Source: Rhina ancylostomus
Lineage: Eukaryota
DNA length: 64,000 nucleotides
Assembly (NCBI GenBank): GCA_030265395.1
Contig: JARFYF010000063.1
Span: forward strand, 46,071,664-46,135,663
Reading direction: 5' to 3'
The notes below the pieces were generated by a model. That model searched no databases. It saw nothing but the letters and a program-made list of their open reading frames with translations, and had not been told where the DNA came from. How positions within the stretch are numbered: the first letter of the stretch is position 1; each line of letters begins with the position of its first letter. The position numbers and the translations under genes were made by a program. This document shows positions 1 through 12,100 of the stretch, one piece after another.

Positions 1-380
1 AGTTGTGAGTTTACAGGGAGTAGAGCAGAGGGCTGAGGACACAGCCTTGTGGGGCACCATTGTGGAGAATAATTGTGCCAGAGGTATTGCTGCCAATCCT
101 CACTGACTGCAGTCTGTCTGTTAGAAAGTTGAGGGTCCATTTACAGAGGGAGGTGTTGAGTCCCAGGTCTTGGAGTTTGGGATGCGTTTGCTTGGAATTA
201 TCGTATTGAAGGCAGAGCTGTAGTCAATAAACAATAGTCTAATGTAGGTGTCTTTGCTGTCCAGATGTTCCAGAGCTGAGTGTAGGGCCAGGGAGATGGT
301 GTCTGCTGTGGACCTATTTTGGCAAAAGGCGAACTGCAGTGGGTCAGATTGTCTGGGAGGCTGGAGCTGATGCGTGCTTG
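1..380 (-). mobile_element. Rex1/Babar-like LINE reverse-transcriptase fragment, decayed
   Basis: The minus strand reads [16 protein letters not shown] and [15 protein letters not shown] with stops and frameshifts. Confidence 0.85.
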
Positions 381-2199
381 ATAAGGAAGGAACATCTGCA
401 CAGGGTACCTGAAGTCAACGGTCATTTACTTCACATTCAGGAAAGACAAAAATCAAGAGGGAAAACAAGAAACAGATTCAAAGCCATCAAAAAGTTTAGT
501 AAGATTAGTTGCAACCAAATTATAATAACTTCAGAAAAACTCAAAATTTATCAATTACCATTTCTTACACACAAATACATACACACACACAAACCCATTG
601 GCACCTAAAGAAACCACAAACACCCTTCGTTTACTTGGTTCTGAGGACAAGGTCACCTCCATTTTTCTGGATTCAAGTACCATTGCTATACATGAACTTA
701 ATGCTGCACAAACCAATCTCAATTCATATGCAGAAGTCAACTTTCCTGCTTAACCAACAATCCTTAGACAGGTTAAATAAGGCAGCAATTTAACTTTAAA
801 GCTTTTCAGTTAAATATCACATCTTCTATAAGAAAACAAAACTTTGCTTTTCTAACAAAGTTCTCCCTTGGAACAGTTACCTCTGTTCCTATTTAGCTGT
901 ACTTTTGTTTTTATTTAGAACTTCCGATTCACCAATCTGTTTACAGATAGGGAAGCTTCCTGTCCAGAATTCTGTCATCACTGTTAATACAAAGGAACCA
1001 ACCACTTAATCTTGTGACATGTCCCAGAATACAGGAAAAAGTTAACAGATCACCATTTTTCATATTTCTGAAATAAACATGATAAAAGAAAAACAATTGA
1101 AAACACAAGTTCAGTAAAAGAAAGTAGTTTTGTCAATTTCTGCTGGCTCTCAGTACATGAATCAATTTATCCTCCATAATCAATAGATTCAATCCTATAT
1201 ACACATTTCTAGTTTTCATCACAACCCACAATACAAGTATACAACAGTGCATTTGCGATCAAATACACCTGCCAGTTCCTTAAACCATTATTGCTGACTA
1301 AATTGAACATAAAGCATTCAATTTGTAGACCATTTTTTGCTTCTCTTTGCAAGGAACCAGATATCGTGAGTATACAATTACTTCTTGTTTTTCCACTTAT
1401 TTACTGATGTCCAGAAACAGAAATTCTTATCCTCTTGAGATATTCATGAAATTCTATGAAATTATCAGTTATCAATAGTATTCTGGCAATTCCATCCCAA
1501 ATCATTCTTCTGCAGTAATGTACTGAATGAAAAACTAAAGCAAAATTAGAACTTATTTCTGTTTTTACATACCATACACAGGTTGAAGCACATGTACATC
1601 AATGCAAGCCATAAGACTTTTAGTTTTAGTTCTGAATCAAATTCACTCCAAACTGGGTCAAAATCCATTCTGGGCTGTGTAGGAAACTGGAAGCTTACCA
1701 GAGGTTCATCTAAACTAACATCAGGACATTTTTGTAATGAAACAGCCATGTGACTAATTTGGCAAAAAGAAAATACCCCTCCACTCCACCTTTAGGTTGG
1801 CCTAAATTGCTATTACATTGCATGACTTGGAAGAGGGCTGGTGTTATCAGATGGGGATCATGGCATGCCCAAGTTGTACTATCAGAAAAGTGCAGGCTTG
1901 ACGGACATAGAGGCTTTTCCCCCATTTGCTGTTTTTGTACAATTATATGCTTAACACTGAATGAGAACCAACTCCGTAGAACGAAGTTATTCCTTATGGA
2001 TGATCCCACAGTAAATATCAATGGAAACATCCCAACATTGCAGAGATTTTGTAAGTAGTATGTAGTTTACATAAACGTACAAGCATTTACCCTGCATATT
2101 TCATTCTTGGTACAAAAGTTAATGCCTTGCAACTTAACAACACAAAGTTGATTCAGAGATAGAGCCAACCAATACTGGATGCCAATTTATAGAAAGGGG

Positions 2200-3090
2200 A
2201 TATAGAAAGGAGCTTTGACTTTGTTTGGAGATTGCGTAAAGACGAAAACAAGGTTGAGGATTTAAGGGAGAATATTCCAAAACACACATGTCAACGGAGG
2301 CTATTTCTGCCAATGGTAGGAAGAAATGAGGTGTGCAACAGACTCAGAAGGGAGAAGGTTGCAGAAGCAGAGTGAGCTTGAAGGGATTTAAGCATAACAA
2401 ATGAATTTTAAATTAAAGATGTTAAGGAACCAGGAACTAACATAGATCAGCGAAGTCCGGAATGTGGCAGGCAGAGTTTGGTATGAGCTAATGTTACAAA
2501 ACTCATGAGGATGCAAGGATAAAATAGCTATGTCTCATGGAGACAGACTTTCAGCAGCAGATAGTCAAAGTTATGAAGTGGAGCTTGCAATGAAGGAACA
2601 AAGTTGGAAGCTCAGCTCAAAAGAAGTCCACGATGTGAAGAGACTGATAGCTGTCCATGACTGGGAAGGGGAACAAAGCTGGAAGGTCAGCGTTGGCGAC
2701 AGGGGCAACAACAGTCTTCAGCGTTCCCGATGTCAACTTGCAGGAAATTGCTGTCCATCTGGTACTCAACAAAAGCAGACAGTGGAATGGTTGAGGAAGT
2801 GATGGAGAAGCTAACTTCATGTCTACATATGATCTTGTTTAGGGAAAACATGTAGAATGTCATTAATGAGGGTAAGGATTGACCCTTCAGGCAATAGTGC
2901 GAAGGCCAGAAAAGAAGCCGATAGTGAAGATTATTTGACTATCCTCTAGTGGATAAAAGTTAAACCAACTAGGCCAACAGAAAAAACCACTGGAAGAGCA
3001 AGGTGGGATTGACAGTTTCAGGAGTGAAAATGCATCATGATCTCCAAAGATCATGCAATTTGCAACAAAACCCAGGAGTAAACTCAAACA
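2200..3090 (-). mobile_element. Highly decayed LINE remnant, probably L2-like
   Basis: Purine-rich sequence resembling the antisense of L2-type 3' regions; no clean motif recovered. Confidence 0.35.
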
Positions 3091-3147
3091 GGAAAGATGG
3101 ATATGGAAAACAACATTCAGAGAAACAAAAAGAATCTTAGACCAAAA

Positions 3148-3256
3148 AAAACTGATGCTGGACATCTGAAATAAAATTATAAAATGCTGGAAATATGCAG
3201 CAGGTCATGCAGCATCAATGAACAGACAAACATAATTAATGTTTCCAGTCAATGAC
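3148..3256 (-). mobile_element. Short Penelope-related terminal repeat copy, truncated by a gap
   Basis: GATGCTGGACATCTGAAATAAAA...AAATGCTGGAAATATGCAGCAGGTCATGCAGCATC...AATGTTTC is similar to copies at 8320, 33050, 45270 and 62060. Confidence 0.7.
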
Positions 3257-3570
3257 NNNNNNNNNNNNNNNNNNNNNNNNNNNNNNNNNNNNNNNNNNNN
3301 NNNNNNNNNNNNNNNNNNNNNNNNNNNNNNNNNNNNNNNNNNNNNNNNNNNNNNNNNNNNNNNNNNNNNNNNNNNNNNNNNNNNNNNNNNNNNNNNNNNN
3401 NNNNNNNNNNNNNNNNNNNNNNNNNNNNNNNNNNNNNNNNNNNNNNNNNNNNNNNNNNNNNNNNNNNNNNNNNNNNNNNNNNNNNNNNNNNNNNNNNNNN
3501 NNNNNNNNNNNNNNNNNNNNNNNNNNNNNNNNNNNNNNNNNNNNNNNNNNNNNNNNNNNNNNNNNNNNNN

Positions 3571-3680
3571 TGGCTGTCCACTCTATCTATTCCTCTTAAT
3601 ATTTTGTACACCTCTATCATGTCTCCTCTCATCCTCCTCCTCTCCAATGAGTAAAGCCTGAGCTCCCTTAGTCTCTCAGA
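3571..3680 (-). mobile_element. CR1-like LINE 3' fragment
   Basis: Translates ERRRMRGDMIEVYKILRGIDRVDS, the typical CR1 ORF2 C-terminus. Confidence 0.85.
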
Positions 3681-6600
3681 CTTTTCACTAGAACCAGAGT
3701 CTAGAGCAGAGACATTTGTTTAGAAGAACAAAGGATTGAGGATGCATCTTCTTAAAGGACACAATTATTTTTCAAAGAGAGGAAGTCACTTACCATAATA
3801 GGTAATATGAAAGCCAGTAAGAGAATCTCTGAATGTTTAGGGTCAAGGCATCTAGTGGAACTCTAACAAAATGAAGATTGACGATGAGATGAGGGTAAAT
3901 AGCAAAGGCACACCATCAGGCAAGGATAAAATAAGGCTTCATCTCCACTACTAGCACCTGTCCCTTTATCTGCCAAGACCATAGAGTCTGGAACTCCCTT
4001 GCTAAACCCCCCTTCAGATGCACCATAAACCATCTTTTCAAGGTGCCATGTAATTGCAAGTTTCTACTGAAGGTGAAGTGACAGTAGAGAGGGGAAAGCA
4101 ACTGATCAGATGGTCACTAAACCTTTCAGCTTGGTAGATATAAGAATGAGACAATGATAATAACAAAAAGTAACAAACAAGTATAAAGTGGAAGAGGGTC
4201 AGTGGTTAACTTAGATATACTTTTTTTTAAATTTTTCAGAATGCAGATAAAATTTTGACACCATCATTCAGGAAATAGTTAAGATGCTAATTAATATATA
4301 ACTGGCCACACATCAATATACAATGTTCATATATGAGACTTGTGTTCCAAGTTATAATTCAAGTATAAAAGGAATAGATATGAAACATTTGTGTGCTTAA
4401 CTGAGGTGATGAAGTTCACGCTGAAGTAAAATGTCAACAGACAGTCTGCCTGATAACACCAACGCTGCTGTAGATCATTTCCATAAAGAATGGACAAGAG
4501 GAAGTAACTTACAAAAAAAACCAAGGAGAAATATTCTACAGTCATGTAAACAGCATGCACAGCCAGCAATTAGCTACTTAGAACAGTTAGGTTAAGATCT
4601 GAAGAAGAGCTTTTGAAGTAATGAATTCACATTTACTACAAACTAGGCACAAGGCAAAATAATTCCTTGGCACCTGGTACAGCTCCTTTTGGGGGGGGGG
4701 GGGTGAAGAAAGAGNNNNNNNNNNNNNNNNNNNNNNNNNNNNNNNNNNNNNNNNNNNNNNNNNNNNNNNNNNNNNNNNNNNNNNNNNNNNNNNNNNNNNN
4801 NNNNNNNNNNNNNNGTCATGGGAGAGGTGGGGGCAGAAACAAGTTAGGTTCCAGCTTTGAGAACTAGTTAGTTTTTAAAAACTCAGTAGTAAAGCAACTA
4901 CATAAATTTTACAGTATTCATGGTATAATATGCAATTTATCCTAGTTTTAAAAGTCAGCAATATTTTTAGACTTGGTCTGACATGGGGAAGATTGAGATG
5001 TTGTAGTTTTTGTTAGTTTTCTACAAGCTCAGTTTTTGCATCCCACTAAGCATTTAATTTTGTCTGAAATGGAGTCATATGAATTAGTAAGTTACGCGAT
5101 CAGTCTGAGAAATTAGCTGATCTTAGCTGGGGAGAGAGCAGGGGTGTGCCAACCGACCTCTGTGGTTTAGGGTGGGGAGCTGCAAAATCAGCCAAAATTC
5201 CTCCTCCTGATCATCATCCAGTGACCTCTGAACAAAAGAGCATATCTGACAAAGTGAGAAATCAGCCACTATCCCTTCTATGGTCAGTCTGCAAACACTT
5301 GTTTGGGCTCCACCTGGATAATCTAAATTCAGTTTTCAGCAGCAAACGCAGACCAAACCACAGAATGTTTTACATCAGAATTGTGAAAACATTGTAAACT
5401 TTAGCAGTAAACCAATTTGCACTTTGATATCGAGCTGTGTGGCACTTAATTATCCTAATATAAAAAGACAGGTTATTTAGCATCCAGCAAAAAAAGGTTC
5501 AACTACAGCTGGTTCTTGCTAAGGCTACACTCTTTACCTTAGAGATGCAAAAACAAACCCAATTTCAGTAAATACTGAAGCTGGTAGTGGAAAGTGACTT
5601 GACAATCCCGTTCTTCACCAACCTCCCCCACCATCACCCCACTGTGCAGAATTTAATGCTGGGATTTCCAACAATCTTCAGCAGGGTCATGCTTGCCAAT
5701 CCTCCCCCAACATTCTAATTTCAAAAAAAAGCAAATAAATCCAGATACAACATCACTTCAGAAAGCACAGATAGCATTTACGATGTTCCATCAAGAGCAC
5801 ACAAGGGACAGATGCCCCATTTGAATAGAAAAGCCCAAATAACTAGAGCTTTTTCTTTCGTGGTTCACAAAGCAAGTCATACTGCAGCCTCCGATACGAA
5901 TTGCAAATCTCCCTCTTTTGTCTTCCTTTTGTCCTTCGGAAACAGAGACTGTGGAAAGAATCTGGACAGAGGCCCAAACACCACCATAAGCTACAAATCT
6001 GTAACTAGGCTTTTTACCCTAAAAAAATAGGCCCCTGATCCCACCCAGCTCCCCAGTGAAGGTCAGACACCTCAAAGCTATTGCTGGCAAAGTTGCACTG
6101 TCTCCATACTAACACAAAGACAGATCTGAATGCTGGCCCCTATTACACGTGGCCATGTCACAATGAGCAACATTCTACAAACAAAAGGCAGCTCACACTG
6201 TGCAACAGCTATGCACAGCTCTGCTGCTGCTACTACTCAAAACAAACACTCATTTCAACTCAGGATGGTGGCAGCAGTGGTGGAGAAGGTTGTTCATATG
6301 GAGAAATGGGTGTTGCTCCTGCTCTGTTAGCAATATCTTAAACCACTGGGAGTTGTGGGGGTAGTGAACAGAAAAATAAAAATCAAGCTGTGGCCGGTGT
6401 CTCTTCAACTAGTTACGGCTGTTGAAGCATGTTCAAACACTCAGAAGATCACTCAGTATTTACACTTAACACTACGTGCCACCTCCAAACCAAAAATCTG
6501 ATGTGTCATTTGAATTTTCTGTTACTATTTGTTGTACAGTGGATTGAAAAAGAATAGAATTTAAATGCAGCAAATATTTTGCTGCAAGTTCCACTGCCAG

Positions 6601-7319
6601 GAAATTTTTGATAAATTAATTTATATACGCTGTAAAACATCAGCTATTGCTGGGTAAACCAAGAGAATGAACTAGTAAACACAAGTATCACTGCCAGGGT
6701 TCATCTCTAAACACTGGCACATAGCTAGCTAATCCATACTTGTGAAGGAGGGCGACTGAAAAACCATTGGTGTTGACACTGCATTGGACTATGAATCTTG
6801 TACATTACAGCTTTACATCTAAAAGCCAATGGATTAATTCAAGAAGCACCCAGCAAACTGTATAGGACATGAGAATTTCAACCTGACCATGAGGGGTGTG
6901 AATATATTGTGTATCCAGACAAAATAAAATTATGGGTACAGTTAAATTTGTGTTGAACTTCTATTAAATGCCAGTAGTTAAATTTATGTAATTTTATGGG
7001 GAAGGAGGAAGCAGATTTATAGGGTCCATAAAAATCCTCAAATGAAGCTTTCTGTAAGTTTTATTTAAACTGATATAGCAGAATTGAACTGCACGCTGCT
7101 CTTTAAATTTTACTCACTTACTTGTGTCAAATGCTCCATCTGTTTGTGAACTATTCAATTAGTTTGCACTTGGCTACTAAGATACAGCTTTGGGGCACCA
7201 GTTTTAAGGAATTAATTTTTTTGGGTTATCATTCACATGGCCTGTTTTTTTCTCATCCTTCTGTTTCATCAGGGTTCCTAGTTTTGATGCTCCTTCTAGT
7301 GAAACTTTTTATATTTTTA

Positions 7320-7565
7320 TATATTTTATTTACAGCGTGGTAACAGGCCCTTCCGGCCCAACGAGTCCACACCGCCCATTTTTTTTAAACCCCAAATTAA
7401 CCTACCCGTATGTCTTTGGAATGTGGGAGGAAACCGGGGCACCCGGAGGAAACCCACGCAGACACGGGAGAACGTACAAACTCCTTACAGGCAGCGGCGG
7501 GAATCGAACCTGGGTCACTGGCACTGTAATAGCATCATGCTAACCACTAAGCTATCGTGCTGCCT
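7320..7565 (-). mobile_element. tRNA-derived SINE (V-SINE/HE1-like)
   Basis: Core GGAGGAAACCCACGCAGACACGGGAGAAC; minus strand has a box-B-like GGTTCGATTCC and an A-rich tail; near-identical to 19675-19912. Confidence 0.85.
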
Positions 7566-8317
7566 CATTGGGTGAATAAAGATTTAAGAAAAACAGACCA
7601 AGTAGCTGCTTGACAGAGAGAAAAAGGAGAGTGTGGGATTTTGTAAACTCACAGGCAAGATCACATGGATGACCCAATACCAAATAGCTGGTTTTCATGG
7701 ATTTTATGCCAAAAGCAAGAACACACAGTATCCAGTTTTTTTTAAAACTTCAATTTTAGTAATACACAGACTTTTTGACATATATATTTGTATGTGTCAA
7801 TCTGGTTTCAAAGTGACGTCTCTAGTCCACCTATTATTTTGCAAATACACTGTTTGACCTCATCAGGGAGGCTGTTGGACCACAACTGGAGGCTTCAGCA
7901 CCTCTGATCTAACATCTGAAACCATCAGCAAGGGTACCCATTCTCAATCACTACCCACGTTGGAAAATGCACACAAGCACAGAGTCAGGTGAGCAGAGGT
8001 CAGGATCAGCCTCCCACAAAACATAATACACGCAAATAAGCCTGCTGACACACACAGTCTGGGATGATAGATGCAAAGAATGGCCACCCAGGTGATGCAA
8101 TTGAAAGTTGTTGTGCAAAAGGATTTTAATACCCCTTAAAAATAGAAAAAGAAGAAATACCTTAAGTTCAATAGTAAAAGGTCTGCAAGTACATAATTCT
8201 TAATTACCAGGAAATGATTCAAACAAATTTAGTTTTGCCATATTAAATCAGTTGTAAAGCATACCAGCAATGTATGAAATTGTGTAACAGGGCATCTGCT
8301 TGACATTTGGCTTCAAA

Positions 8318-8470
8318 CAGAAAATGCTGGGAAAATTCAGCAGGTCATTTCTGATGAAGGGTCTTCAATCTGAAACGTTAACAGTTTCTCTTTCCACAGA
8401 TGCTGTCTGATCTGCTGAGCTTTTCCCGTTTCCATTTCAGATTTCCAGCATCTGCAGTTATTTTTTGATT
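8318..8470 (+). mobile_element. Short Penelope-related repeat with hammerhead-like core and inverted flanks
   Basis: CTGATGA(8351)...GAAACGTT flanked by the inverted pair GGGAAAATTCAGCAGGTCA / TGATCTGCTGAGCTTTTCCC. Confidence 0.75.
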
Positions 8471-9759
8471 TTCATCTGCTTTATATTTTAAGTTCTGCAT
8501 TACAAACTTGTGGATTCGGGCCACATGCTGGCCTTTTTTTTAAATAATCAAGAGTGACCATCAGTATAATACTGAAGTATACTGAAATCAGAGGTAGCAT
8601 CATTCAGATGAGACCTTCAATTAAAGATTTGTCACATGTTCAATTAGTTCAAGTGAACAGTGAACATCCAACTGAATCACAAGAGGAGAAAGGTTCTACT
8701 CCTCTGCCACTATCAGGTTAATGAAGCCATCACCTCACCAATTCATGCAAGCCATAAAATAGGTTCTGCATTAGCCATACAAGAGCAACTATAGTCCTTT
8801 ACATCAGACTCATGTGCAATTTTTGCCATTACTTGAGTCAGCCATATAGCAGGGAAACAGACTTTTCATCCCAGCAAATCTATGTCAACCATTAAGCATC
8901 CATTTGCACTAATCCCATTTTATTCCATGCCCCCCCCCCAGATTTCTGTCATTCATCTGCACACAAAGGGCAATTAACTGTGTGCAATTAACCTACCATT
9001 GTGAACAGACATTCCTCATGTCCTGGAAATCAAAAGGCAGAGCCACCACAGCTCAATTTCATGCCAGCCACTTCCAGCAATATCAAAGCTCTTAGCACCA
9101 GCAGGACCAAGTGGCAAAAGGAAGAGAGGGGACAATAACAGAGGATTATTATTCCGCAAATTTAAAAATACCCCAAAATTTAGAACATGAGTATTTTCAA
9201 CATTAACTGTATTTAAATATTGGGCAGAGAGTTATACCAAGTCAGTCTATGTACCATCAACAACCTACTATTCAACAAATTTCCTTTCAAAACATTAAAA
9301 ACTTCATGACCTTCACACAATTGAATCAATTTATCCACAATTCATGCAAAATGACACCTCAAGGCTCAATCAAGTTCCTTGTAGAAAGACTTCATGACAA
9401 GTTTCTTTCAAACCCTGAAAATCTGATACTCACTTCCACTTATAAACCTAAGTGATTTTTTATGCCACTTCAGCACCCGCACAATTGGCCACTCTGAGTT
9501 GATCAACGGTCAATTTTGAAAATCATGAGTCAAAATTTTTGTTGCCAAAATACAGCATTTATTTTAACTATCTAGTTTAGAAACAATTTTTGTCACTTGG
9601 TTTCACACAAGCCTTTTTAATCCCTTGTTTTCTTATCATTAAACGCCTTTAAAACCTCTTCTGAAAATGTTGATTCATTATTGGGTCACAGCACAAGTGC
9701 TTAGCTCAAACAAGCATCAGCAATAGATTAGCCAGGCCAATGTTGATTTCAGTGAACAC

Positions 9760-12100
9760 CAAGGAAAAGGAGAGTTGAGTGGCATTGCCAGTAAAGCATC
9801 AACATCAAGTCATGAGAAAGAATATTCACTCAAAAATCAAGATGTAGAATCAGTCTGGGTAGGGCTAAGCAGCACCAAGGGGCAGTAAGCATTGGTGGGA
9901 ATTTGTCACTTGGCATCCAAACAATAATATAGGGGACAACAAACAGGAAATTAGAGAATCAATCACAAATATAGTCAAACCAAATTAGCAATAATAGCAC
10001 AGACAATAAAGTTGCAGATTGTGAAGTGGATTGTATTTTAGATCAGTTGTTCCTTAGTTGAGCAGCCAACAAGCTATTCCAGTTTGTGTACTGTGCAAAG
10101 TGGTTAGTCAATAATCTTTTGTGCTGAGTCCTTTAGGGAAGACAGAATTGTTCATTAAGGTGGAAAGTGAAATAGTTCAATCCAAAACTAGCTTCTTTAA
10201 TTTTACACAAACCTACAAGTGTATGAACATTGAGTAGACTATGATACATTAGGAAGATTCACTGAAAAGTATGACAGTGGATAGGGAATGACTAGCATTT
10301 AAGAACCAAATGCAGGGACAATGACAGTTCTACATCTGAAAAGGAAAGGAACCCAACCACAACTTATAAAGGAGTAGTATCAGATCAAAAAAAAAATAGG
10401 AGTCATATAAAGTTGTCAGACAAAGTAGCAAACCTAAGGATTGGGAATAGTTTAGAATTCAGCAAAAATTGGTCAAAGATTGATTAAAGCAGCAAAAAGA
10501 GTACAAAAGTAAATTTAGGAGCATAAAAGTGGACTGTGAAACCTTTTTTAATAAGACAACAAATGTAGTTCCTTAACTTATCTTAAGAAAGAAATGGCAA
10601 AGAAATTAAAGACTTTAGTTGCCTTGACAGATGAGGACACAACCTCCCAGAAATGCTAGATAATCAAGACTAACTGAAAAGGAATTAAAGAAAATTGCTA
10701 TTAGTAGACAAAAAAAAATTGGTCTGGAGAAATTTCTAGGCCTGATAATCTGAATCACAAAATAAAAAGAAAGAGAGCCAGGGAAATAGTGTATGCATTG
10801 GTTATTATTTTCCAAATTCTACATTATGTAATAGTTCCTACAGAAGAGGATGGCAAATGTAACCCCATGATTTAAGAAGTGGAGAAAGAGAGAAAACAGG
10901 AAACTAAGATCAGTTAACCTACCAGTAGGAGAGAAAATGCTAGATTATTATGAAGGATGTGCTAACAAAATACTTAGATAATTACAAAGGAATGAGACAA
11001 AGTTTACAGCTTTATGAAAGGAAATGCTCTTTGACAAATCTACCAGAGATTTTTGAGGATGTAACTGGTGGGATATGGGAGAACCAGTAGATATGCTAAA
11101 TTTGAATTTTCAGAAGGCCTTTGAAAGAGTCCAACACAAGAGATTAACGTGGAAAATTAAAGCGCATGGGACTGAAGAAATATACTGTCATGGATTGAAA
11201 ACTGACTGATGGGCAAGCATCAAGGAATAAATGGGTCTTAGTTGGGATAGCACATGACAACTTGAGAGAGCACGGGGATCAATGCTTGGGCCTCATCTAT
11301 TCACAATATATATGATTGTGGGAAATTATTGTAATATTTTTAAGCCTGTCAATGACACAACACCAAGTTATCACTGTAAGTCACAAAGAAGGTGCAAAGA
11401 GATTTCAAGGCAATTTAGACAAGTTCAGTAAGTGGACAAATACACAACAAATGCAGCATAATGTGGATGTATGTGAAGTTATTCACTTTGGTAGGTAAAT
11501 CAAAGGAAGAACATTATTTTTCAATCTATCAATATTTAAATAATGCAGACCAGAGCCTGAAACATTGGCCTTCATTGCAAGAGGGGTTGAGTATAGGCAC
11601 AAGGATGTCTTGCTACAATTATACAGATCTTTGGTGAGACTGCACCTTGAGCACTGAACACAGTTTTGGTCTCCTCACCTATAAAAAGATATACTTGTTA
11701 TAGAGGAAGTGATTCATGAGCCAGCAACACTGTCATACATTGAGAGATTTACAAAATTCTTACAGGTTTGAAAGATTACATGCAGGGAGAATGTTTCCCC
11801 AGGTTGGAGCATCTTATGTTCTCAGGATATAGTGTTAAGACATTTATGACAAAAATGGAGATATTTATTCACCCAGGGAGTAGTGAACAGGAAGAATTCT
11901 CCACTAACAGAAGCAAGTGGAGACCAAGCAAATAAGATATAGAGATAGATGGATACTTAGATGTAAAAAGGCATTTAAAAGGTAAAGGGAGAAAGCAGGA
12001 AAATAATATTAAGATAGAGGAGCTGCTATGACCGTAATGAATTGACAGGGCAGGCTCAAAGAGCCAAACAGCCTCCTCTTGCTCCTATTGTGTTATGCTT
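9760..12100 (+). mobile_element. Long decayed CR1-like LINE (endonuclease remnant through RT to 3' end)
   Basis: VESVWV-like endonuclease remnant near 9845; RT remnants (NVTP.FKK, FQKAF, CEVIHFGR); CR1-type tail near 12050; many stops. Confidence 0.8.

Noticed and set aside
3239-3661. Long ORFs made mostly of X
   Set aside because: They are artefacts of reading through N gaps; the same applies at 4667, 15493 and 40421-40928.
7490-7565. tRNA-like A/B boxes as a tRNA gene
   Set aside because: They are SINE heads fused to a repeat core, with no complete cloverleaf.
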